IMG/VR virus record: IMGVR_UViG_3300036715_002161
Location: 74,037 to 138,036 of that record
DNA length: 64,000 nt
Source: a virus
Strand: one strand, 5' to 3'
Of the stretch, positions 26,970 through 36,093 are shown one piece after another. The notes beneath the pieces are model-generated. The model worked only from the letters and a program-made list of their open reading frames with translations. It searched no databases and was not told the origin of the DNA. Position 1 is the first letter of the stretch, and each line of letters begins with the position of its first letter. The translations under genes and the position numbers were made by a program.

Positions 26970-27769
26970 TTAGTATAAACCTTAACGTTGGGGTTACAAA
27001 ATACAGTATCATTGACCATCTTAAATATAAATATATCTTTGTAATACAAGAGTAAGTCAAAAAATCCTTTAGAAAAGATACCATGTGTTACATACAGGAA
27101 AAGATGTACGGTACTACCAGTCTGTCTTATGGCCTTGGCCAACTCTATAAATGTCTTGCCACCGTCACATATGTCGTCGACAACTAATATTGACCGATAT
27201 TTATAGGCCTCCAACTCTTTATTGTTTACCTCTATACCGACAATATCCCCATTGTCTGCATCTCTGATCTTGGTGGCGGCAGTAAACGGTAAGTTAAGGG
27301 ACATGGCCAGTGTTCTAGTTTTTTCTAAAGCTCCATGGTCTGGGGCCATCAGTATTGACTTATCTAACACTGGCCGTGGGATTGCCACTAAGGCAGCAAT
27401 AAATTGGGGGATTACGGAGCTACGTTCTAAAAGACCTGAGACTTCACTATGAGGGTCTACAAGGCTGACATGGTAAAACTTGGCAGCATTTATAAGGTCA
27501 CAGAAAACTTTTAGAGAAAATGCTTCTCCAGGATAACATGCACGGTCTTGTCTACCATAGGGTAAATATTCCAGACTAAGGCTTACCTCTATTACTCCTG
27601 CCCGATCCAGGGCGTCTTTGACCAGTAATAGGGTCATTAAGTCATCAGAGGACCGGATGTCATAATCCAGACAGATTTTCTCAGGTAAGGACTCAACCAG
27701 TCGTATCTGGATTTCCCCGGCTGAGAATTTAATAGGATAGCCAGGAGCCATCAGTTCAGATATTTTCAT
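26966..27769 (-). CDS. prs: Ribose-phosphate pyrophosphokinase-like (Prs/Adps)
   Basis: FSAGE, YLPYGRQDR, DPHS, APDHGA, VVDDICDGGKTF, THGIFS. Confidence 0.92.
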   Translation of the reverse strand: MKISELMAPGYPIKFSAGEIQIRLVESLPEKICLDYDIRSSDDLMTLLLVKDALDRAGVIEVSLSLEYLPYGRQDRACYPGEAFSLKVFCDLINAAKFYHVSLVDPHSEVSGLLERSSVIPQFIAALVAIPRPVLDKSILMAPDHGALEKTRTLAMSLNLPFTAATKIRDADNGDIVGIEVNNKELEAYKYRSILVVDDICDGGKTFIELAKAIRQTGSTVHLFLYVTHGIFSKGFFDLLLYYKDIFIFKMVNDTVFCNPNVKVYTK

Positions 27770-28173
27770 TTAAATTCCCCATTTATAATCTCCGAGTCTG
27801 ACGAGTTTAAACCGCTGCTACAATTTACTGCGACTACTTCAGAGGTACTCTTTAGACTGAATCGGACAAGTCGGGTCTCCAAGGCATCACAGCCGAACAA
27901 ATGTTCATATTCGGCAGATGCATGGAGCCACCATCTAAGAGCTTGGGCAGCCGAATACCCCAGGAGTCCGGCATTGGAAAGTTCTTGGTCATACGGACTA
28001 TGACTTGGAATTCCAGAAGGATTTTCTTGAAACTTGACCTCGACCCAGTTATTGTCGAAAGTCTGACCTGAAACGGTCAAAGGTCTACTAGATACTCTGG
28101 CCTCTACTGAATACCCGGTCTTTCGACTAGATCCAGTACTTCTGTTCATTCTGTAACCTTGCTCAAGTTCCAT
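27766..28173 (-). CDS. Hypothetical protein, first gene of the NAD operon
   Basis: RBS AAGGAG upstream; stop overlaps prs start. Confidence 0.65.
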   Translation of the reverse strand: MELEQGYRMNRSTGSSRKTGYSVEARVSSRPLTVSGQTFDNNWVEVKFQENPSGIPSHSPYDQELSNAGLLGYSAAQALRWWLHASAEYEHLFGCDALETRLVRFSLKSTSEVVAVNCSSGLNSSDSEIINGEFK

Positions 28174-28191
28174 TTAATTCTCCTTTGAAAT

Positions 28192-28430
28192 AAAAAAAGT
28201 TCAATCCACACCTGACTGGGATAGCGAATCCCAATCAGGTACAGGTTGAAGACTGCTCTTGTGAAACAATCAACAGCTTTCTGAATACCGGCAGGTCACC
28301 ACCAGGCTCCAGACGTCCAGTTTCAACAGCTTGACTAAGGCTGTTACGTTATGTCAGGGCGTCTGTAACACCCCTATCAATACCCTATGCTTATAACTGG
28401 AAAGTTCAGCAAAAGTATTAATTCTCTATT
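28192..28430 (-). ncRNA. Candidate structured leader/small RNA ending in a long terminator hairpin
   Basis: Promoter at 28434-28463; nested stems; 14-bp hairpin plus T7 at 28192-28250. Confidence 0.6.
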
Positions 28431-28433
28431 GTT

Positions 28434-28463
28434 CTTATACCAAATTCTTAGGAACTTATCTAA
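28434..28463 (-). promoter_or_regulatory. Phage promoter TTAGATA-N14-TGGTATAAG
   Basis: Exact bipartite motif. Confidence 0.8.
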
Positions 28464-28497
28464 TTCAACCTAGACTTGGAGACAAAGGTTCTGCCTA

Positions 28498-29121
28498 TTA
28501 TTTCCTATGTCTAAACGATTGTCTTAGGTCAAAGCCATACTGATTAATTTTGTCCCGGTCACCTATTTCTACCAGAGTAGGTTCCGGTGGAGACATAAAA
28601 CAGGCCAGGTCTTGATAAAGTTGTTCTGGTGGATATTGGGCGGCAAAGCCTACTATGTTCTTAAGGATGGGGATTTCGGCGTCAATTACCACATAGTCTT
28701 TATACGGAGTCAATCCTTTGATTATAAAAACTGGGGTTCCCATTCTATGGGAAAGGTCTACCAGGTTTTGATCCATGAAGCCTGTATAGTAATCTAATTG
28801 CTTCTTGTTAACACTACGTGGATTATAGAGCAGAATTTTAGCTATTTCCGTGTGTCTTACCGGGTTGAAGAGGCTCCAGGTATAATCGGGATCCATCACT
28901 ATTAGGTAGTATTTACCAACTACACATAAATATCTACATTGGTAGTCTCTGGTCGGAAATAGGTTTCGATCTGTCTCATAGTTAATTGTTATACTTCCAG
29001 AGATCCCTTCTGCTGACAAGGGAACAAGCCTATTACGAGAGTAGATTACTTTGGGATCACCACCACCATATAGGTGAGGTACATGGTCATAATAGTCTTT
29101 GAACTTGGATTGAATTATCAT
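28498..29121 (-). CDS. Hypothetical conserved phage protein
   Basis: MIIQSKFKDYYD...DKINQYGFDLRQSFR conserved-looking termini. Confidence 0.7.
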   Translation of the reverse strand: MIIQSKFKDYYDHVPHLYGGGDPKVIYSRNRLVPLSAEGISGSITINYETDRNLFPTRDYQCRYLCVVGKYYLIVMDPDYTWSLFNPVRHTEIAKILLYNPRSVNKKQLDYYTGFMDQNLVDLSHRMGTPVFIIKGLTPYKDYVVIDAEIPILKNIVGFAAQYPPEQLYQDLACFMSPPEPTLVEIGDRDKINQYGFDLRQSFRHRK

Positions 29122-29192
29122 AGATTAGAAATGTTCCAATGTTTCATTCTATTTTCTCCTTGGGTATGGTAAAGTCAGGTAACGTAGTTCAC

Positions 29193-29543
29193 TTACTCTT
29201 CCCACTCAATACTAATACAGGCAATAAGACCTGGCCAACGATTACATGAAGCTCGTGCTTCTTCTTCGGTTTTATAAATAGACCTACCTGCCACTTCATC
29301 TTTATATATATTGATCCAGCCTTCCTTCTTAACTGGAGCCATGAATAGATCCATGAGAGGGTGGGGACTTTCGTTTGAGATACGTCCAGTCACTGTGAAA
29401 GTGATGATCTGCCCAAGTATTACTGCACAAACCTTGTGGCTCCCATCTACTGAGGGGAAGTATGCAATATCAGTCACCAGTTTTTTATCGCCAGTCATTA
29501 CTTTTGCACCGGCAAGTGCTTCTTCTAAAACAAATGGTTTCAT
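29193..29543 (-). CDS. MKPF-family paralog 1
   Basis: Shares MKPF..ALAGAKV, TDIAY, DLFMAP, EGWINI, IEWEE with five other ORFs. Confidence 0.9.
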   Translation of the reverse strand: MKPFVLEEALAGAKVMTGDKKLVTDIAYFPSVDGSHKVCAVILGQIITFTVTGRISNESPHPLMDLFMAPVKKEGWINIYKDEVAGRSIYKTEEEARASCNRWPGLIACISIEWEE

Positions 29544-29729
29544 TTCAATATCCTTCTACTATTATTAAATGGGTTTGGAACTACGCGGCTAATTAGGTCA
29601 GCAACTGAATGCCACCCAGCCTGTGCTTCCGCGAACTGCTCCGCAGCTTCCCATGCGTTGTCGGCCTGCAATAAATCAAATGTTTCCAAATTATCTAGTT
29701 CCATTGCTTGATTGCTCATTTCAATCCCG

Positions 29730-30074
29730 CTAGATTTCCCACTTAATACGAATACAGTCGATAGGACCTAGGCCACCTGAAGCTCGTGCTTCTCCTTCGG
29801 TTTTATATATAAACTGCCCAGTCATTCTACCAATATGGATATTGATCCAACCTTCTTTCTTAACTGGAGCCATGAATAGATCCAGGAGAGGGTTGGGACT
29901 ATATTTTGAGATACGTCCAGTCTCTGTGAAATAACGGATTCCCCCGTCTATTACTGCACCAACCTTGTAGGGACTGTTTACTGAAGGTAAATACGCAATA
30001 TCAGTTGCCGGTTTTCCAAGGCCGGTTATTACTTTTGCACCGGCCAAGGCTGCTTCTAAATTAAAAGGTTTCAT
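29730..30074 (-). CDS. MKPF-family paralog 2
   Basis: Same conserved blocks. Confidence 0.9.
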   Translation of the reverse strand: MKPFNLEAALAGAKVITGLGKPATDIAYLPSVNSPYKVGAVIDGGIRYFTETGRISKYSPNPLLDLFMAPVKKEGWINIHIGRMTGQFIYKTEGEARASGGLGPIDCIRIKWEI

Positions 30075-30086
30075 TATATTTTCTCC

Positions 30087-30437
30087 CTACTCTTCACACT
30101 CTTCCCACTCAATACGAACACAGGCAATCCGACCTGAGCTGGAAGCTTGTGCTTCTTCTTCGGTTTTATGTACACAATACCCAAGCTTCCTACTCTTATA
30201 GATATTGATCCAGCCTTCACTCTTAACTGGAGCCATAAATAGATCACAGATAAAGTCGTGTTTTTTGTCGCGGAAATGTCCATCCACTGTGAAAAAGCGG
30301 ACTCCTCCATTTATTACTGCACCAACCTTGTAGACGCTATTTTCTGATGGGAAATACGCAATATCAGTTGCCGGTTCTCCACAGCCGGTTATTACTTTTG
30401 CACCGGCCAGAGCTTCTTCTAAATTAAAAGGTTTCAT
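30087..30437 (-). CDS. MKPF-family paralog 3
   Basis: Same conserved blocks. Confidence 0.9.
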   Translation of the reverse strand: MKPFNLEEALAGAKVITGCGEPATDIAYFPSENSVYKVGAVINGGVRFFTVDGHFRDKKHDFICDLFMAPVKSEGWINIYKSRKLGYCVHKTEEEAQASSSGRIACVRIEWEECEE

Positions 30438-30547
30438 TCTGTTTCCTATTGAAAGTTTCTACTTGACCGGTTAAAGAATTGTTTGACCAGGCCGCGATAT
30501 ACTATATTCCCTTTTGAAGTTAATACTGTTGCGCCTAGTCTTTATAC

Positions 30548-30623
30548 TGGTGGGACCGCCCAGGGATGATCTGGGATAATACAAATTATGAGTTTGCTGC
30601 ATTACCAGTTATGCTACAGTCCC
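30548..30623 (-). tRNA. tRNA with CAT anticodon (Met or Ile2), encoded CCA, atypical T-loop
   Basis: Acceptor GGGACTG/CGGTCCC, anticodon arm GCAAA-CTCATAA-TTTGT, T arm CCCAG-ATCATCC-CTGGG, ends ACCA. Confidence 0.85.
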
Positions 30624-30625
30624 TT

Positions 30626-30702
30626 TGGTCCGACAGACAGGATTTGAACCTGTAACCTACGGATTAGAAATCCGTTGCGCTATCCGGTTGTGCTACTGTC
30701 GG
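30626..30702 (-). tRNA. tRNA-Arg(TCT), encoded CCA
   Basis: Acceptor CCGACAG/CTGTCGG, anticodon arm ACGGA-TTTCTAA-TCCGT, GGTTCAAATCC. Confidence 0.95.
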
Positions 30703-30727
30703 TATAATAATATTTCCTTCTATGTTT

Positions 30728-30757
30728 CTTATACCAAGTTTACCTCTCAGTATCTAA
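30728..30757 (-). promoter_or_regulatory. Phage promoter TTAGATA-N14-TGGTATAAG driving the tRNA pair
   Basis: Exact motif 25 nt upstream of tRNA-Arg. Confidence 0.8.
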
Positions 30758-31102
30758 TTCGGTAACCAGACTCTTTAGGTCGTAAAAAACCTTGGCCCCA
30801 TTAGCCATTACCAGGTTGGCCACGGCCTGTAGTGACCTGTCCAGTAGAGGCCCAAATCTCAAAAACACCAAATTGGGTCTTTTATTACTATCATCTACTT
30901 CGGCCACAGAATATACTCCGGTCATTTCTGTAGTTAAGACGTATAGACAGATGTCACATTCCCGCCTCTGTCTAATTTCTTCGGCCTGGCACTCCGGAGT
31001 CCAGTCTGGGACCAACGGATTAAAGTAATCGCATTTGAGCATAGGAATAAGCTCGTCTCTCCAATTGGAGCCAGCACAGGTACCACCTAGGAATATTTTC
31101 AT
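30740..31102 (-). CDS. Nucleoside 2-deoxyribosyltransferase-like protein
   Basis: KIFLGGTC...WRDELI...YFNP...W...E...CDICLYVLT...GVYSVAE. Confidence 0.75.
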   Translation of the reverse strand: MKIFLGGTCAGSNWRDELIPMLKCDYFNPLVPDWTPECQAEEIRQRRECDICLYVLTTEMTGVYSVAEVDDSNKRPNLVFLRFGPLLDRSLQAVANLVMANGAKVFYDLKSLVTELDTER

Positions 31103-31341
31103 AGGCCAATCGGTCTCTTGTCCAAACCTGGAACGGCTAGTAGTTCAGCCAAGTCATCGACGTGCAGGCAGTCACACAGACAGGCATAGTCGTTTGCCGC
31201 CTGGATTACGGCAATATTACCATTGCAATAGCTACTACCTGGGGTGGCACTATGAAGTACTCCGAAGGAGACTACCTTGCCTCCGTCCAGTTTTACAATT
31301 TTGTCACCATTTTGGGCCTCACGGCCATTTCTGTAATGCAT
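31099..31341 (-). CDS. Hypothetical Cys-containing protein
   Basis: 80-aa ORF with AAGGA RBS; stop overlaps next start. Confidence 0.65.
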   Translation of the reverse strand: MHYRNGREAQNGDKIVKLDGGKVVSFGVLHSATPGSSYCNGNIAVIQAANDYACLCDCLHVDDLAELLAVPGLDKRPIGL

Positions 31342-31618
31342 ATTAGATTCCTTTCATTGGCCTATTCAGCCCTTAAACCCTGCTCAGTTTGACACATCAA
31401 TCTTTCCTGGTCCTCCCAGGTTACTAATATAATACCACTATTGAATTTAAAAAGTCTATATTTAAATTTTTCATATCTTACTCTGAAAGAAGTATTTAAA
31501 GTCCATAGTGGATTAGAAGTTTCTTGCCAGCCAAAAACTCTACCCAGCTGCCTTTAAACTAGGCCTTGGCAACTTCAAGAGGGCATTGTGGGATTTCCGG
31601 CACTTAATTTCATTCTGT

Positions 31619-31963
31619 TTACTCCTCCCACTCAATACGAACACAGGCGATAATATTTGAGCCAGCTGAAGCTTGTGCTTCTTTTTCGGTTTTATATATA
31701 TTCCCCATTGACTTTCCACCCTTATAGATATTGATCCAGCCTTCACTCTTAACGGGAGCCATGAATAGATCCAGGAAAGCGTTGGGACATTCCTTAGATA
31801 GACATCCAGCCACTGTGAAGTAAGAGGTTTCTCCGTTTATTATTGCATAAACCTTGTAGGGACTGTTTACTGAAGGTAAATACGCAATATCAGTTACCGG
31901 TTTTTTCTCGCCAGTCATTACTTTTGCACAGGCCAAGGCTGCTTCTAAATTAAATGGTTTCAT
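31619..31963 (-). CDS. MKPF-family paralog 4
   Basis: Same conserved blocks. Confidence 0.9.
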   Translation of the reverse strand: MKPFNLEAALACAKVMTGEKKPVTDIAYLPSVNSPYKVYAIINGETSYFTVAGCLSKECPNAFLDLFMAPVKSEGWINIYKGGKSMGNIYKTEKEAQASAGSNIIACVRIEWEE

Positions 31964-31975
31964 TATATTTTCTCC

Positions 31976-32323
31976 TTACTCCTCCCACTCAATACGAACA
32001 CAGTCTATCGGACCTGTCCAACCTGAAGCTAGTATTGCATCTTCTTTGGTTTTATAAATACACTCTCCTGGCTTTTCATCTTTATAGATATTGATCCAGC
32101 CTTCCTTTATAACTGGAGCCATGAATAGATCCATGAGAAGGTTGGGGTTTTCGTCTGAGATACGTCCAGTCACTGTGAAAGTGGCGATATGCCCGTATAT
32201 TACTGTGTAAACCTTGTGGCTCCCACTTATCGAGGGGAAGTATGCAATATCAGTCACCGGTTTTTTACTGCCGGTTATTACTTTTGCACCGGCCAAGGCT
32301 GCTTCTAAATTAAAAGGCTTCAT
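31976..32323 (-). CDS. MKPF-family paralog 5
   Basis: Same conserved blocks. Confidence 0.9.
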   Translation of the reverse strand: MKPFNLEAALAGAKVITGSKKPVTDIAYFPSISGSHKVYTVIYGHIATFTVTGRISDENPNLLMDLFMAPVIKEGWINIYKDEKPGECIYKTKEDAILASGWTGPIDCVRIEWEE

Positions 32324-32335
32324 TATATTTTCTCC

Positions 32336-32683
32336 TTACTCTTCCCACTCAATATGAACACAGGCAATAAGATTTGAGCTGGATGAAGCTCGTGCTTCTT
32401 CTTCGGTTTTATATAAACAATGCCCAATCCTCCCACCTTTATAGATATTGATCCAGCCTTCACTCATAACTGGAGCCATAAATAGATCACGGGTAAAGTC
32501 GTTGTTTCCGCTGTGGAATAAATATCCAGCCTCTGTGTACTGAGAGACTTCCATATCTATTACTGCATAAACCCTGTATCTACAGTTCGATGATGGTAAA
32601 TACGCAATATCAGTTACCGGTTTTCCAAGGCCGTTCATTACTTTTGCACCGGCAAGTGCTGCTTCTAAATTAAATGGTTTCAT
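32336..32683 (-). CDS. MKPF-family paralog 6
   Basis: Same conserved blocks; directly downstream of DNA polymerase. Confidence 0.9.
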   Translation of the reverse strand: MKPFNLEAALAGAKVMNGLGKPVTDIAYLPSSNCRYRVYAVIDMEVSQYTEAGYLFHSGNNDFTRDLFMAPVMSEGWINIYKGGRIGHCLYKTEEEARASSSSNLIACVHIEWEE

Positions 32684-32716
32684 TCTGTTTCCTATCGAAA
32701 GTTTCTACTTGCATAG

Positions 32717-35515
32717 TCATCCTTTTAAATCAAACAAAACAGCCTCAATTTCAGGCTGGGTAACACCTCTATGTACTGACTTTAATTTCCCCCAGTTAAA
32801 TCCAATTTCGGCATCGCTACCAATAGGTAGGTCAAGCCAATCAAAGGTTTCAACCAACAGATCATCCATGCATTGGAATATAAGTTCAATTGCTTCGGCT
32901 ACTCTTGGGATTGGTACTTCTAACTCAAGTGAGTCATATACCGTAGATGTAGCCATACCTCCCAAGGATTTAACTGCTTCACTGGCCCTGCCGAAAGCAA
33001 ACAAGCCAGCACTACTGGTTGGACTTTGAATAAGAACATTCTGTGAATTTCGTAAGCCTCCTTTGTATACTGCCGTTCTACGAAATGGTGGCAGGGTGCC
33101 AAACTGCATTTTCCTAAATCCAAATACCGTTACCACAAAATGATTAAACTCGGCCATCTTATGGGCATTACTGATAAATACCTCAATACCTGGGTATGTC
33201 ACAAAGTACAAGGCAATCAAACGCTCTGCCTCTGACAGTGGAATATCTAGGTTATGAGCAATGCCGTTTGCGGTTGAGCCGTAGATAATACCGAACGTCA
33301 AGGCTTTTGCCACCTGTCTTTTATTCTTATAATCTGAATACAGAGGGTTACGATCATCCTTAAGCACTACCACAAACTCTTCATACGGTATACCAAACAT
33401 TTGACCTGCTGAAAAGCTATGAAAGTCCATTCCCTTTCTAATGGCTTCTAATAATAATGGATCTTTGCTCAATGCCCCTAGAACTTTAACCTCGGCAGAA
33501 CTGAAGTCAAAAGTTACAAAGGCATTACCCTGTTCTACACAATAACACTCTCGTATGTTATACCCATGTTTTGCCCTGGGAATCTGGGTCAAATTAGGAT
33601 CCTCACCGCTTATACGAAATGAACTGGTACCGTGCAAATTATAAGACGGGTGAATACGACCATCTCTTTTTACAAAGTTTAAGTAGTCTTTGATAAAAGT
33701 CCTCCAGGTGGAGGCAATGTCATTGCGCTTGGCCAACTGCCGGAGCCATTCCTCTTGGGTAAGACTATACAATGCTCTGATGGCATCACCATCCGTAGAG
33801 GGGTCACCCATCTTAGTAAACTTCTGAGGGGTAAACCCTTTGACCTCATACAGGAATTTGGCCAATTCTGTCCCAGAATCCAGATTGACATCGCCAGTAA
33901 CTAGTTTGATTTCTCTTTCCAGGCTGTCCATGTCAGCCCTCATCCTACGATCCATGTCACGGTTCAAGGCCTTATCATACTTGATCCCATTTATCTCCAG
34001 GTCAGTAATGAAGTCAAAGGCTGGACCTGTATACTTTTCATATGTCTCCATTATACTGGGAGCCAATACCTCTCTTTTTTTAGACTCTGGACCATAAAAC
34101 TCCGTATACTTTGGAGTAGTATATAGCCTGGTCCCAAAACTAGCGGCAAGCTGGCTTGTGGCCAAACAGTCGATGCCAGCATACAGTAAAAGGTCTTCCA
34201 CAGGGAAATCCTCATAAGTCCTATATACCGGCTTACTTGGACTTAGCAGGCTGTCTTCTTCTTCCTCTCCTTCTTCTTCCAGATCTTTGGCCTTAGTCAG
34301 GTCTGGTAATTTGTCCTCATATCCCCCAAGCTCAGTCTCGGGGATCCAATCTACTACGGCCTGTTTTAGACCATACATTCCCTGTAGACCAGAGTTGATC
34401 ATATGAAGAATCAGCATAGTATCGAATACTATATTTCGTATCTTTACACCAGTTGTATGCCAAGTATAAAGATAATCAAACTTCATATTATGACCTACCT
34501 TACCTATCGCTGGGTCAGTCAGAATTTCAGCCACTCCAGGCCAGATTAGGTCGGGGTCATACCAAGTATTTTCCCTATGCCATAAAGGAAAGACCACGGC
34601 CTTATAAATACCGTTTTCTTTATACCCAAACTGGGCGGTCAAGAGTTTGGCCTCAGAGTCCATAGGGTCAAGTCCTGTGGTTTCAGTATCATAGCTGAGT
34701 AATACATTGTTCCTACCAAGGGCCAATACGTGGGCTATTGCCTCCTGGGCTTCAACTTCAGTTCTGGGTATCCAGATATTTTCACCAGCTCTGGCCAAAG
34801 CTGAGTCCAGGTCAGGAACTCCAAGCTCTCCTTGTATAATTCTACGAACTTTGTTTAGATCGCGTAGGATAACGCTGTAGAAGTCAGGGCCCCAAAAAGC
34901 TCCGGTGGAGTTCTGTCTCAACATCATCAGTATTCTCGGGTGAAGAGTCAGTACAACTGGAATATCTTTATATGTAAATATATCACCAAGATTATTCTTA
35001 TTAGACTTCTTAAGACCCAGGGCTTTGGTAACCCCCGTGGTCAGACTTACAATAACCTTAGGCTTAAGCCGATCTATCTCGCTGAAGAGATAAGGTCTAC
35101 ACTTACGCATAGTAACTTCACTAGGAGCCTTGCCTTTTACCAGGTCAGCTGCATCTAGACTACACTTTAGCAGGCTGGTTACCTTATAAGTAATGCCTGA
35201 ATCAGTAAAGGCGGCCTTGGCCAGGTATTCGATAACTCCAAGGTTTATCTTCTCTATGGCATAACCAGGCCTTTTGAACTTAGGATCGTCCAAGGCCTTA
35301 TAATCTTGAATTATGAGAACATCCAGAGGTTTTTCTGGGTTTACTTTTAATAGGTAAAAAGAGGATGGAGCTTTTTGTTTAAGGGTACAAACTTTGTCAC
35401 ACCATTGTGGTGATATTGTATCAAAGTTCTCTTTTGGGATAATTGCATCTTCTACGGCTTTTGTAGTCTTTCTGGAGTATAGTTCTTCCAAGGAAAGAGT
35501 AGTTAATTTCGCCAT
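32717..35515 (-). CDS. polA: Family A DNA polymerase with N-terminal uracil-DNA glycosylase-like domain and 3'-5' exonuclease
   Basis: UDG-like LKC...KCRPYLFSEIDRLKPKVIV...TLHP; exo YDTETTG, GHNMKFD, YAGID; pol DFSSAE, RQVAKALTFGIIYG, TVYDS. Confidence 0.93.
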   Translation of the reverse strand: MAKLTTLSLEELYSRKTTKAVEDAIIPKENFDTISPQWCDKVCTLKQKAPSSFYLLKVNPEKPLDVLIIQDYKALDDPKFKRPGYAIEKINLGVIEYLAKAAFTDSGITYKVTSLLKCSLDAADLVKGKAPSEVTMRKCRPYLFSEIDRLKPKVIVSLTTGVTKALGLKKSNKNNLGDIFTYKDIPVVLTLHPRILMMLRQNSTGAFWGPDFYSVILRDLNKVRRIIQGELGVPDLDSALARAGENIWIPRTEVEAQEAIAHVLALGRNNVLLSYDTETTGLDPMDSEAKLLTAQFGYKENGIYKAVVFPLWHRENTWYDPDLIWPGVAEILTDPAIGKVGHNMKFDYLYTWHTTGVKIRNIVFDTMLILHMINSGLQGMYGLKQAVVDWIPETELGGYEDKLPDLTKAKDLEEEGEEEEDSLLSPSKPVYRTYEDFPVEDLLLYAGIDCLATSQLAASFGTRLYTTPKYTEFYGPESKKREVLAPSIMETYEKYTGPAFDFITDLEINGIKYDKALNRDMDRRMRADMDSLEREIKLVTGDVNLDSGTELAKFLYEVKGFTPQKFTKMGDPSTDGDAIRALYSLTQEEWLRQLAKRNDIASTWRTFIKDYLNFVKRDGRIHPSYNLHGTSSFRISGEDPNLTQIPRAKHGYNIRECYCVEQGNAFVTFDFSSAEVKVLGALSKDPLLLEAIRKGMDFHSFSAGQMFGIPYEEFVVVLKDDRNPLYSDYKNKRQVAKALTFGIIYGSTANGIAHNLDIPLSEAERLIALYFVTYPGIEVFISNAHKMAEFNHFVVTVFGFRKMQFGTLPPFRRTAVYKGGLRNSQNVLIQSPTSSAGLFAFGRASEAVKSLGGMATSTVYDSLELEVPIPRVAEAIELIFQCMDDLLVETFDWLDLPIGSDAEIGFNWGKLKSVHRGVTQPEIEAVLFDLKG

Positions 35516-35545
35516 TATATTTCCTACTTGGGTTGATCGGAGGTG

Positions 35546-35791
35546 TTACTCTTTCTTATACCACGAATTTCCTATTATTCCATTTCTGGCCTTGAAAATT
35601 GTCAAGGCTAATATTTCCTCTGACAATTTAAAAAAAGACTCATTTAACCTCTGGTAGGCTGCCCTATGTTTGGGCGAGCCTGGAACCAGTTGTTGTAAGT
35701 CTTCTTTTAAAATTTCGAGAGAAAGACGGGACAGTTTCTGCTGAGTATGAACCTCGGCCACTACTGATAAAACTGGGTCTTCCTGATCCAA
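35546..35791 (-). CDS. Hypothetical protein
   Basis: Packed ORF; contains TGGTATAAG (35555-35563) near its 3' end, upstream of the polymerase. Confidence 0.5.
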   Translation of the reverse strand: MDQEDPVLSVVAEVHTQQKLSRLSLEILKEDLQQLVPGSPKHRAAYQRLNESFFKLSEEILALTIFKARNGIIGNSWYKKE

Positions 35792-35792
35792 A

Positions 35793-36077
35793 TCAGCGTC
35801 CCGGAATAATGGTCAAGGATACTTTTACAGGCTTGAAAATAGACCCGGCAAAATAGCGAGCCACGTTTCGACTAGTACATACGAAGTTGTCTAAACGGTT
35901 GGAACTTTTATGTACCAAACCCCAACGATTACTTTTGGCATTATGTACTAATACTTCAACCTCTACTTTACGAATTACTCCTGTTTTATTGTCTCGGGCA
36001 TCTTGTCTAGTGCCATATAGAGGAATCTTTGAATTTTTCAACTGGTCTTCACACACCCACATTTGTTTTGTAATCAT
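35793..36077 (-). CDS. Hypothetical protein
   Basis: AAGGA RBS, packed ORF. Confidence 0.6.
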   Translation of the reverse strand: MITKQMWVCEDQLKNSKIPLYGTRQDARDNKTGVIRKVEVEVLVHNAKSNRWGLVHKSSNRLDNFVCTSRNVARYFAGSIFKPVKVSLTIIPGR

Positions 36078-36093
36078 TTTATTTCCTTTTAAG

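Noticed and set aside
30074-31746. Alternate-frame ORFs 30074-30310 and 31540-31746 that resemble each other
   Set aside because: The similarity simply reflects the paralogous genes they overlap.
29193-32683. Paralog array as a diversity-generating retroelement or CRISPR-like array
   Set aside because: No reverse transcriptase in the window, differences are not confined to adenines and include indels, and the units are intact ~350-bp genes rather than repeat-spacer units.
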